A stretch of DNA of 36,624 nt from a virus (lineage: Duplodnaviria; Caudoviricetes). The notes under the pieces are model-generated. The model ran no database searches and had not been told where the DNA came from. It worked only from the letters and a program-made list of their open reading frames with translations. Below, piece by piece: positions 10,701-19,178 of the stretch. The stretch covers positions 1 through 36,624 of the IMG/VR virus record IMGVR_UViG_3300020403_000035; one strand, given 5' to 3'. Both the position numbers and the translations under genes were made by a program. Within the stretch, counting starts at the first letter, position 1. Every line of letters begins with the position of its first letter.

Positions 10701-13700
10701 TAATAAAAAAGTATTAGAAACTATAGAGTCTAACACATACCGCTTGCAAGACAAGTTTAATGAACTAACTTTTAATCAACTTGGAAAAATACCTGAGTAT
10801 GAAGCTTTGAGCAAAATAGATATGGATGTTACTTCAAGATATGATGGTGCTACTTTTAGACATATTGTAATAGAAGATTTGCCTAGTAGTGTAAAAAATA
10901 TGGGTGAAGCATTAAAGGAAAATAATTCTGGTACAGATGGTGTTACAATGACACACAACAAGTTAGCTGATATTATTATAAAAAATTATGGTTACGATCC
11001 TAGAACAGGTGTAATGAAAACATTAGGACTGTTTAGACCTAAGTATGGCGTACAGGGACAAATAATTAATAAGACTGCTGATTTTACTATGGATAGTTAT
11101 TGGCAAGCTTTTGCAGATAAACATGGTTTAGATAAAATACATTATGCTTCTGGTATTAAAGAAATGACTGGAGTAGAACCAACTAAAGTACGCTGGAATG
11201 AAAAAACAAAAGAGTTTGAACTTGTTGGTAAATTAAATGTATTTAAATCTAAAATAGAAGACAATTATTTGAATTTAAATGTTTATGAGAATTTTAATAA
11301 GATAGGTAATCAAAAACTATTGCAGCAGGTTATGTCTAATATGAATACTTTTGAAATGGACCCTAACACTGAGATAGGTAGGAATTATTGGAAAAAATGG
11401 GAAGAGCTTGTAGCTAAGGCATCAGCTGGAGATCCTAAAGCAACAATGCTTGCAGAAAAAGAATTTGCTGCAGGAAAAGAATTGTCAGGTAAAATAGATG
11501 ATATAAGTATAAAAGTTTTAGATCATATATTGTTTGAAAAACCTGATAGTAAAGCAGCTCGTAGCATTATAAAACAAATTTTAGAAATAGAACGTACATC
11601 TGATTTTGATAAAGTAGCTATGCAGGAATGGACTGAATATCGTCAAAACACTTACAATAGACAATTAGTAGAAGAGTATTTAATAGATACTAACTTTGAT
11701 CCTGGTACATATTTAAGACCTGGTGTTAGGGAGTATATTAATGATAGAATACAACAATATGTAGCTAAAAGACTTACTAGGCCACGTATTAAGCACTCAT
11801 ATAGCTCTAAATTGGGCTTATATGACGTTTTAATTAGTCAACGTAAGCAAAAGTACTCTAAAGCAAAGAAAGGCCTTGCAAACGACGAATTTATGATGAA
11901 CGAAGGTGCAAGAGATGTTATTGAAGTGACTGTATATGAAGGTAAGAAAAACGAAAAAACAATGACACTTGGAAAGTTTTGGGATACTTGGGTAGATATG
12001 AAAGAGAATCCTGCTAGCAAGAAATCACAACGTGATTTTGAAGAGTATGATTTTGTCCGTAAAAATGTAGGTTTTATACGTTCACCTATGATAAGTAATG
12101 GTGGTTTTCGTATAGGAGAATTTGTAGGGTTTGCTAAAACACGTAAAGGTATATCATTAATTACAAACGAATACAATGATTTTATGATGTCTGGTGCTGA
12201 CAAAGACATTGACTCTGCACATATGTTTTGGGGACTACCAAAAGAATTGACTGCTGCATACAAACAATCTATGGTACAAGATCAGTTAGTTCGTATTAAA
12301 GACGGAAAGAAAGATACTGTAGATTTAAAAGATAAAGCTATTGGTAAAGAGTTAGCAAATGCAGAACCACCAGCTAATAAAAAAAGAGTACAACATTTAG
12401 CAGATATTTTAGATACTACTACTAAATTGAAAAATGGTAAAATTGCTACAATGTCTCAGGACTCTATTGGTTTAATTACCAATGGTGTTAATTTAATTGG
12501 TTTAGAGCTAGATATTAATAAACAACTAGAAGATGTTACTCCTCGTACTACAGAAATACAGCGTGAATCTATACGTAAAAATTATTTAAATGCATTTAAT
12601 GAATTAATTATACATAGAAACGTATTATTAAATAGTTATATAGATGCAGCAGATCTTGCTAATATAGATTTACCTATTGTTGCTTTACGTAAAATGCGTG
12701 GAATGTATGAATGGATGTATGAAGGAGCAGAGACTGGTGCTATGATGGATAGAAGACAAGCTATCAAAAATATGCACAAACTAGTATTTGGTGCTAAACG
12801 TAAAGGAGATATGCCTTTAGATATACAAGAAACAGTAATTAATTATTTAGATAAAACCGATGGTGCTAGATCTTATTTAACTTTAATAGCAGAACAATAT
12901 AATGGTTTGCGTTTAGAGTTAAATCCTTGGAATGTTTTTAGTAAAGAACAAAGTGTAGCATTATTAAAAGACATATCTGCAGAAATAAAAAATCATCCTA
13001 TATATCGTAAAGTAGGAATAAAAGATTTTTCTGAACATTTTATGAAAGGTTTAGATCCTAAAGAGTTTGACAACATTGTTGAGTATGAAACATTTTTATG
13101 GAACAAACTAAATCAAGTTATAGATTTGTCTACTGCACTGAGAAAGTCTAATGAATTTAAAGAATATGCTATAAAAGAATTAGAAATGACAAACGAATCT
13201 GTAGATGATTTTATTACACAGGTAGTAGAGCTTACATTTGAGCAGCGTAATAGACTATATCAATCGTTTAACAATAATCAGAAATATTTTAAAAAACACA
13301 ACAGGCGTTCTTATGGTGATCAAATAGCTTACACCAAAGTTATATTAAGAGAGCAACTACAGGAATTATCTAATAGAAGAAAAGAAGAGGGTAAACCATT
13401 ACCAAAAGAAGCTTTTGAAAAAGTAGAAGATTTATTTGATATGTTTTATATAGCAACTCCATTGATTAAATCTGATTTTGTAGGATTTAAAGGAGAAAAT
13501 CGTTTTAAGTTTTTAAAATCAGTAAATAGCAAAATAAATGAGTTAGTAAAAGAAAAACAACAAAAAGAAAAACTTGGAGAATTTTTTAATAAAGATGTAG
13601 AGTTAGAAAATTTATATGCACAACGTGCTGCATTGCAAGCAGAGTTTACAGGACAATTACCTGATCGTGAACAGACTTGGGCTATACGTGCTAGAAATAA

Positions 13701-16700
13701 AGAGTATATGTCTAAAGCTAGATATGAAACATTAAAACTTTCTCAAGAATCAAGAGAAAAAAGAATTAAAGAAATACGTAAAGAGTTAGATTTAGATAAG
13801 TTTGAAGAAGTTGTAATGGACGATTTAAATGCTCCACCTAACGGAAGACAGTCTAAGGTAGAAAGTGATGGTAAACAAGTTGTACTAAAAACAAAGAAAA
13901 TGGTTCCCGATTTAATTGATTTGGATATATTAACTGATCCAGTAAAACTTGACGCATTAATAGACAGCTTACAACCTTTAAAGAAAACGCAAACTCCTCA
14001 GTTAAGAGAAAACTTAAAAGAATTAAGAAATTTAATTTACTCACAAACAGCAGTTGGTAATGAAAAGCTCTTGTTTAATTTACCAAGTGAATATGCATTT
14101 TTCTTAAAACGTGTAGATAGAGTATCTGATTTTATGCAGAATATAGATGGTACACGTTTTGGTTTCTTTATGAAAGCAATGAACAATAAATACGGAAAAG
14201 AAGATGTGTTAACAAAGATTAAAAGAAACAAAGAATTGTTAAAAGAAGCAGAAAATACAATTAAAGCAGATATCACTAACGATGTTCCTTTAGATACTTT
14301 TGATGAGTTTTATAAAAAACGTGCAAAAGAAAATACAAAAGAAGAGTTTATGGCTATATCGCAGCAATATAAAGTGTATGTAGAAAGCTGGGCAAAAGGA
14401 AATAAAGATGCAATTAATGAAGTTGCAGATAAAACTGAAGCTAAGATATTAAAAGATTCTGATAATATTATATATGCATATAATGAAAAAACGCAAAAGA
14501 TACAAAAATTTGCTACTAGAGAAGCTTTTGAAAAAGCAAATAACAAATTTGTTTATATACAAGAGCTAGAACCTTCTAGATTGTCTGAATTAATTACTAA
14601 TGAAATTAATATATTAAATCCAAGTAGAGCACATTTGCGTGATCCTAAAGGGTTAGACCAGGTTTTAGGTATTTATCAAAGATTAAATAGAGAGATTGCT
14701 CCTTATGAACAACGTTTACAATTTGATAGGGTATTAAAATTCAACGAAAAGACTGGACAAATGGAAGAGTATGGTATTAGCGTACCTACTTCTACATTAA
14801 AAACTATTGCTGATACAATATACAGATTGCATGTAAATGCTAATCAGTTATCAGACTTTAATACCAAGTATGTTGGTTTAATTAAAAAGGTTTTAAATGA
14901 ATCTCAAAAAGGTTATAAAGATCATGGACCAGCATTATGGGAATATGCAGCAGTTAAGCATACACTTGGTAATGATAATCTTGGACCTAAGAAAGATCAA
15001 ACAACCGTAGAAGAACAAGTAGATTTGTTAAATCGTTTTGATAAAGCAGAAAAAGAATTAAAAAAAATAAAACAAAAATTTTATTACATAGATAAAAACG
15101 GAAACAAAGAATTTGTAAGTGCTGTAGAGTATGCTGATATAATAAGAACTAAAGTAATACAACCTATTATGGAATACTCTTTAAACAGTATGATTAAAAG
15201 TAATTACAAAAATATAGATAAATTATTTGCACAACAAAATTTATTCCCTGTAGAATTTTTTGGTAAAAAAACATTGCCAGAAACTCATCCAAAATATTGG
15301 CAGCAACGTATGGCTCAACTGTTTTTGAATAAACATGGACTTATAGAAGTTCGTAGATTATTATGGTTTGATAAAACAGTTCGTTTACAAGCAGACAAAC
15401 AAACAGGATTTGATTTACAAAAAAATCATTTTCATTATGACGATGTTGTCTGGATAAAATTTCATTTAAATTTACGTGATCATATACTTGACAAATATTC
15501 TGAATACGTAACTAAAGGCGGTTCATTAGACTGGAATGCATTAACCAGAACTAAAATTAAAGTTGGTAAAAAAACTATAACTATGGCAGACAGAGTTCGT
15601 AAAGACATACAAAACTTTACTGGTAAGTACGGAGAATGGTCAAGCGAAGTTGGTAAGTTTGCTGAAGATGGTGTTTCTGATAGGTTCTTTCCACAAATGG
15701 GACAAATGGATACTAATTTAAATAAAAAGTTTTTAGAAGAAAGTTGGTTACCTTCTGAGAAAAAACGTATTATGGAAAAAAAGAATTATCTACAATTAGT
15801 AGATGCTAATTTGCGTGATGATGTAAAGAATAGATTAATTACATTTAAAGAAGCAAAAGAATTAGAATACCAAAGATTAGAAAATAAACTTTTAGGTATG
15901 AATAAATATGAAAATCCTTATATAGATTTAGATGCTATGGATATGTTAAATCAAATAAGTACTAGAAAAGGAAAAAATCCTTATCCTGGTATGGGTACTA
16001 CAACACACGCAAGATCACGTTTAGAACGTTCTATGCCTGGCTGGAGAAGTGATGGTAATGTACCGTTAGACTATATGAATAGTTTAAGTAGAGGATTGAT
16101 GCAGAATATAGGTGCAATGTATAGTAGAATATATTTAGATAAGTTTTTAACACAAGCTAGACAAAATCCACGTATGCGTGAAAATGCTGAATTATGGCAT
16201 ACTACAATGATTGATTTTACTAGAGGTTATATGGGATTCCCTTCAACAAGAGTTTTAGAAGTACACGGTGTAACGGCTAAAGAAATGCAGTTATTAAAAG
16301 AATGGCAAGCATCTGGGTTTGATCAAAGCTGGAAAACTGGAAAGTTGGATGTTGTAAGTAAAAAATTATTGTATGATTTAGAGCAACAATCTATACCTAC
16401 TTTAAGTGAACAACGTATGAAAAAACGTCAATTAATTGTTAATGCTTACAAATCTACAAATGGTAATAAATTAAATGCATTACGCAAAGAATTAAAAACT
16501 GTTAAAAATGAAACTCGCAAAGAAGAAATAATAGTTGAAATGGCAAATTTAAAACAAAAAATGTTTGAACTTGTTAAAAAACAATATGCTGCTTATCTAA
16601 AAAAAGAGACTTTAAAAAACTTAAACGATTTTATTAAAGATGAAAACATAGATAAATTAAATATTACCAAGACACCAAGACAATGGTTTAGTGATGAAAG

Positions 16701-18114
16701 CGTTGGTAATGTTGCATTAAAGCTAGAAAACAGAGTATCTAGTGTTTTTGGTAAGATTACAGGTAAAAAATTATTTCCTAAATTACCAGACGATATACAA
16801 TTAAGACATAAAGCTTTAGTAGAGCGTGCACAATACATATCAGATCTAGAAGGTAGATTTGAGTTGTTATCATTATTGTTTACGCCTAAAGCAGCTATTA
16901 CTAATGTATACGGAGGTTATCAAAATATTATTACAGATACTGGTTTTGACCACTTTTTTAAGGCATTTGATGAAAAATACCTAATAAAAGAAGTATTTGC
17001 TGGTCAAAAGTTTAAATTATTTAATAAACAAACAGGTAAGTTTGAGTTTAGAGAGTTAAAAAATAAAGAAGATATACATGAAATGATTGATTCTTTAGGA
17101 CTATTAGAAGGTAATTTGTTGCAAGAATTAGCATACATACAAGCAAATGAACCAGTAAATGCTAAAAAGTTTTTAAAAGAATTAGTTAAAAAAGTAAATG
17201 CACATACAAGATCACAAAAGTTGTTTGGAAATACTAAAGAAATAAACAGGCAAATTGATGAGTATGTTAATAAAACTGTAAAAGAACTAGCTAATCAATA
17301 CGGAGTAAGTCAAGCCGTTATGGATAAAGGTAGTTTCTTTATGTCTACTACAGAAAAACATTTAAGACGTAAAGCGTTTTTAGCACATTATTTAAAAGCT
17401 AGAGAAATATATTCTGATCTAGAAGGTAATATAAAAGTAACTGATGACTTTTTAGTAGATGCAGCAAGAAAAGGTGTTGAAGGTTCACAGTTTATTTATC
17501 ACGCTACATACAGACCAAACTTTAGTAATACAGCGTTTGGTAGAGTTATGACACGTTTTCAACCATATGCTTGGAATAGTATAAGACGTAGAAAACAAGT
17601 GTTTGAAGATATGATGGCGGTAGAAGGACATCCTAATTTTGAAGCTAGTAGACGTTTTCAAAGACAAGTTGCTAACGATATGATGACAATGGCATTAGGT
17701 ACATTGTTTGCATACTCTATATTTGAATATGCGTTAGCACCTCCTATGTCTTGGATGAAAGAGAGTGCGGAGTTTTTATTTGGCGATGAAGAAACTAGAA
17801 AAAATGCATTCTTTAGTCAGTATCCAATAAGACAGTTAGCACCATTACAAATTATTACACCTCCAGCTAGTAGATTTATATTACCTCCTTTAAATGGTAT
17901 TATAAATGGTGATTGGGAAGCATTTACTAAATACACTTTATGGACTTATGCACCAGGAGGTAGACTTATGCGTGATATGTACAAGACATATAATAATCCT
18001 AAATATGCTGTAGAATATCAGACTGGACTACCATATAATAGTTTCAAATGGCATATGGCAAAAGTAAAGCGTCAAGCCGAGCAGAGAGAGATTAACGAAG
18101 ATCCAACGACTTGA
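7786..18114 (+). CDS. Giant virion protein containing a single-chain double-psi-beta-barrel RNA polymerase (crAss/phi14:2 gp66-like virion RNAP)
   Basis: 3442 aa. Ordered motifs FQKR, TDG (D1051), VMK, NKT, SGIK, IRSP (R1432) and SGADKDIDS (D1472/D1474/D1476). Also G/A-rich N-terminal segments and an ejection-protein-like C-terminus. Confidence 0.8.
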   Translation: MFKLDRRIELLQNELEGGRIDEFQFAMGLKKFYDRTPTSFDTRSLRFMETKINEAGLPLTEGRQGRSDGILAQTVSGLIEGFTTFGFADTPDTSAERIANNVGHLIGLAPSLVVSTITGGRAAVGVVSRGLREKARKSKNERIAKIADRLDESSQSWENSNLKIKKGMDAMARLTRMKGSPTGFDPQTGKPLYGLVSFPGLAANFIQKQATKGLHNNNVRVLEYMNKGILKSKYIDKGAVENIVNQSIHLSLLMAMSSQPLGTRGEGMKGMALAGVHGAVAGAIFGGIGEYVNIGRMLGSSNKIVRTSGENVVRSFAKALGTQPNRIDQYNTINFIMRGGAGVGYGTVTSELHDLPLEDQIYETLLAAFFSVNSRASFENRATRDIYNSMNAIPRDYNMKQARKWLTEQPWYQNETSEYQAYWSRYLKNIQQQQIDYTVNQFNDIVLAYAETYKELKEKGIITPEMEQKAKTDRKAKEKILSEMYDALDKQKAEIEESIIANRTEKQIGDTEQVAKDIEQKKFRLDSITLEDGRTIEYQVQEVDPLSEHLPKQKSLKDIFVEVKRKNKSASVQDLHNMFKKTIDDANYDVNTFVRDVVKKYRINISEQQQRDLIQSAHYLKNIDRFPIARVYIVGEKSLKQEKEMDPLLEKEAPETDIYDKPIGGDKAGNATHGSSRVNKNNNFNTKDGDTLHYDYDYLTTRILERIWDHQSNQYRNRPRVKNVAPLSVDIFRYIPKSERDDKGRRIRPLELAEHMTNKQLTNMAKQLEKEGAFIYAANGETGRIQVRAYPWRTGTKLKEIKKINDFLIDDLKIPVTKARYKSNVATLMWRMQETGLIRLGEMPTKKLIREWVKTEPYESVTKFQKRTKHHSGIEMALDPAYFIGYKNITKTRQINRETFNPKNFTDIKLSLDVDTINRFLNDKRYTDIDMEPIFENTYITLYGERSSKVNNDRYAQFEKDNPELIKRVEEHNKKVLETIESNTYRLQDKFNELTFNQLGKIPEYEALSKIDMDVTSRYDGATFRHIVIEDLPSSVKNMGEALKENNSGTDGVTMTHNKLADIIIKNYGYDPRTGVMKTLGLFRPKYGVQGQIINKTADFTMDSYWQAFADKHGLDKIHYASGIKEMTGVEPTKVRWNEKTKEFELVGKLNVFKSKIEDNYLNLNVYENFNKIGNQKLLQQVMSNMNTFEMDPNTEIGRNYWKKWEELVAKASAGDPKATMLAEKEFAAGKELSGKIDDISIKVLDHILFEKPDSKAARSIIKQILEIERTSDFDKVAMQEWTEYRQNTYNRQLVEEYLIDTNFDPGTYLRPGVREYINDRIQQYVAKRLTRPRIKHSYSSKLGLYDVLISQRKQKYSKAKKGLANDEFMMNEGARDVIEVTVYEGKKNEKTMTLGKFWDTWVDMKENPASKKSQRDFEEYDFVRKNVGFIRSPMISNGGFRIGEFVGFAKTRKGISLITNEYNDFMMSGADKDIDSAHMFWGLPKELTAAYKQSMVQDQLVRIKDGKKDTVDLKDKAIGKELANAEPPANKKRVQHLADILDTTTKLKNGKIATMSQDSIGLITNGVNLIGLELDINKQLEDVTPRTTEIQRESIRKNYLNAFNELIIHRNVLLNSYIDAADLANIDLPIVALRKMRGMYEWMYEGAETGAMMDRRQAIKNMHKLVFGAKRKGDMPLDIQETVINYLDKTDGARSYLTLIAEQYNGLRLELNPWNVFSKEQSVALLKDISAEIKNHPIYRKVGIKDFSEHFMKGLDPKEFDNIVEYETFLWNKLNQVIDLSTALRKSNEFKEYAIKELEMTNESVDDFITQVVELTFEQRNRLYQSFNNNQKYFKKHNRRSYGDQIAYTKVILREQLQELSNRRKEEGKPLPKEAFEKVEDLFDMFYIATPLIKSDFVGFKGENRFKFLKSVNSKINELVKEKQQKEKLGEFFNKDVELENLYAQRAALQAEFTGQLPDREQTWAIRARNKEYMSKARYETLKLSQESREKRIKEIRKELDLDKFEEVVMDDLNAPPNGRQSKVESDGKQVVLKTKKMVPDLIDLDILTDPVKLDALIDSLQPLKKTQTPQLRENLKELRNLIYSQTAVGNEKLLFNLPSEYAFFLKRVDRVSDFMQNIDGTRFGFFMKAMNNKYGKEDVLTKIKRNKELLKEAENTIKADITNDVPLDTFDEFYKKRAKENTKEEFMAISQQYKVYVESWAKGNKDAINEVADKTEAKILKDSDNIIYAYNEKTQKIQKFATREAFEKANNKFVYIQELEPSRLSELITNEINILNPSRAHLRDPKGLDQVLGIYQRLNREIAPYEQRLQFDRVLKFNEKTGQMEEYGISVPTSTLKTIADTIYRLHVNANQLSDFNTKYVGLIKKVLNESQKGYKDHGPALWEYAAVKHTLGNDNLGPKKDQTTVEEQVDLLNRFDKAEKELKKIKQKFYYIDKNGNKEFVSAVEYADIIRTKVIQPIMEYSLNSMIKSNYKNIDKLFAQQNLFPVEFFGKKTLPETHPKYWQQRMAQLFLNKHGLIEVRRLLWFDKTVRLQADKQTGFDLQKNHFHYDDVVWIKFHLNLRDHILDKYSEYVTKGGSLDWNALTRTKIKVGKKTITMADRVRKDIQNFTGKYGEWSSEVGKFAEDGVSDRFFPQMGQMDTNLNKKFLEESWLPSEKKRIMEKKNYLQLVDANLRDDVKNRLITFKEAKELEYQRLENKLLGMNKYENPYIDLDAMDMLNQISTRKGKNPYPGMGTTTHARSRLERSMPGWRSDGNVPLDYMNSLSRGLMQNIGAMYSRIYLDKFLTQARQNPRMRENAELWHTTMIDFTRGYMGFPSTRVLEVHGVTAKEMQLLKEWQASGFDQSWKTGKLDVVSKKLLYDLEQQSIPTLSEQRMKKRQLIVNAYKSTNGNKLNALRKELKTVKNETRKEEIIVEMANLKQKMFELVKKQYAAYLKKETLKNLNDFIKDENIDKLNITKTPRQWFSDESVGNVALKLENRVSSVFGKITGKKLFPKLPDDIQLRHKALVERAQYISDLEGRFELLSLLFTPKAAITNVYGGYQNIITDTGFDHFFKAFDEKYLIKEVFAGQKFKLFNKQTGKFEFRELKNKEDIHEMIDSLGLLEGNLLQELAYIQANEPVNAKKFLKELVKKVNAHTRSQKLFGNTKEINRQIDEYVNKTVKELANQYGVSQAVMDKGSFFMSTTEKHLRRKAFLAHYLKAREIYSDLEGNIKVTDDFLVDAARKGVEGSQFIYHATYRPNFSNTAFGRVMTRFQPYAWNSIRRRKQVFEDMMAVEGHPNFEASRRFQRQVANDMMTMALGTLFAYSIFEYALAPPMSWMKESAEFLFGDEETRKNAFFSQYPIRQLAPLQIITPPASRFILPPLNGIINGDWEAFTKYTLWTYAPGGRLMRDMYKTYNNPKYAVEYQTGLPYNSFKWHMAKVKRQAEQREINEDPTT

Positions 18115-18118
18115 CGCT
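18068..18118. terminator. Inverted repeat at the convergence of late and early units; possible bidirectional terminator
   Basis: AGCGTCAAGCCG / CGACTTGACGCT forms 12 bp with one G-U on the minus RNA. It is followed by GTTTT on + and TTACTTTT on -. The 27-nt loop is large for a terminator. Confidence 0.5.
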
Positions 18119-18137
18119 GTTTTCATACGGCAACAAA

Positions 18138-18269
18138 TTATTTTTTTAAAATACGCAACAAATCTTTTAACCTTTTGTGTTTTTTTGTCAAAAGATTTAT
18201 TGCTTCTTCTGTTAATTCTATAAGTTCTTTTGTTTCTTTTAAAAACATTTCTTTTTCTACTTTGTCCAT
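18138..18269 (-). CDS. Small coiled-coil protein (43 aa, MDKVEKEMFLKE...)
   Basis: ATG with AAGGAAAG upstream and TAA at 18138. Not in the ORF track. Confidence 0.65.
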   Translation of the reverse strand: MDKVEKEMFLKETKELIELTEEAINLLTKKHKRLKDLLRILKK

Positions 18270-18285
18270 ATTTGCTTTCCTTTCG

Positions 18286-18406
18286 AACCGCCCGCTTATG
18301 TTATAATCTCTTTCAGATCATCTATACATAAATACGAAGACATAGCGACTAAGTTATGTCTTGTTTTAGTAGCCAACCAAACATGTATTTTCATAAGCGG
18401 GCAGTT
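18286..18406 (-). ncRNA. Putative structured RNA (121 nt, 15-bp closing stem)
   Basis: AACTGCCCGCTTATG / CATAAGCGGGCGGTT closes the element. It contains an internal AAGACATA/TATGTCTT hairpin and fills the intergenic gap. Confidence 0.5.
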
Positions 18407-18429
18407 TTGTTATATGGTAATAAACAACT

Positions 18430-18624
18430 TTAATCGTTACATTCTTCACATTTTTCTGGTGCTCTAACACCAGTCAAATCAATATCATCGTGATCAAGCC
18501 TATCTTCGGTTGATCTTACAATTTTATTGTTATTTTTTTCTATTGCAACAATAATTTTCTTAGCTATTGATAGTATAGCTTCAGCTTCTTTCTTGTTCAA
18601 ATCCATCACGATTCTCCTTTTCAA
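18430..18624 (-). CDS. Hypothetical protein with C-terminal CxxC
   Basis: ORF ending KCEECND. The real start is probably the second Met (MDLNKK), which follows an AGGAG SD. Confidence 0.65.
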   Translation of the reverse strand: MKRRIVMDLNKKEAEAILSIAKKIIVAIEKNNNKIVRSTEDRLDHDDIDLTGVRAPEKCEECND

Positions 18625-18934
18625 TTTGTAATAGTCTTAAGAATCTCTTTAATGGTATTATAGCAAGAGCTTCTTTTCTATCCATACGTGTAACAACTGC
18701 ATCAACATCGTCTCCGTGATAGTCTGGATACAACCATTGAGCAACTTTCTTTCTTCGTTTTGCTTGTATTGTAGTATCTTCTACTATCACATCAACTACT
18801 TCTGATTTTCCTAACGATCTACCATCGGAAGCATAGGCACGTTTTGCATACATGCCCATGTCCTTAGCTGTGTTTACTATCTCACGTTCGAGATTGTTAC
18901 CACGTACTTTATTTTTATGCGTCACTTCCGCCAA
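18581..18934 (-). CDS. Hjc-like Holliday junction resolvase (PD-(D/E)XK nuclease)
   Basis: K.RG...ERE N-terminal helix, D in VDVIV, and IQAK motif. It lies in the replication module. Confidence 0.8.
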   Translation of the reverse strand: MAEVTHKNKVRGNNLEREIVNTAKDMGMYAKRAYASDGRSLGKSEVVDVIVEDTTIQAKRRKKVAQWLYPDYHGDDVDAVVTRMDRKEALAIIPLKRFLRLLQIEKENRDGFEQERS

Positions 18935-19178
18935 GATTTCCTTGCATACTAACGATGTTGAAATCTTCCTCGTATTTTTTGATAGCTTCTGGTGACTCGT
19001 CCCAGTATCTTAGACCAAATGAAAATTCCATTGGACCGAATCTGGTATCGAACCATAAATGGTTACCAAAATTATTATCCATTCTTGTTGAAAGAACAAT
19101 AAACTTTAACAAACGCAATTCTGCTTTTTGTATATTATTCTTATCTACATATTGTGCGTTAAACAACTTCTTCAACAT
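18915..19178 (-). CDS. Hypothetical protein (87 aa)
   Basis: GGAGG SD and overlap with both neighbours. Confidence 0.7.
   Translation of the reverse strand: MLKKLFNAQYVDKNNIQKAELRLLKFIVLSTRMDNNFGNHLWFDTRFGPMEFSFGLRYWDESPEAIKKYEEDFNIVSMQGNLGGSDA

Noticed and set aside
7881-17667. Minus-strand ORFs inside the giant gene, and similar antisense ORFs elsewhere (146-615, 18955-22558 +, 23362-26074 +, 33544-35667 -)
   Set aside because: They are shadows of real genes, with S/F/L/I-rich composition and no recognisable motifs.
7786-18114. N4-type (T7-fold) virion RNAP, suggested by the ~3500-aa size
   Set aside because: I found no convincing T7-family motif set in the right order. The motifs present are those of two-barrel RNAPs.
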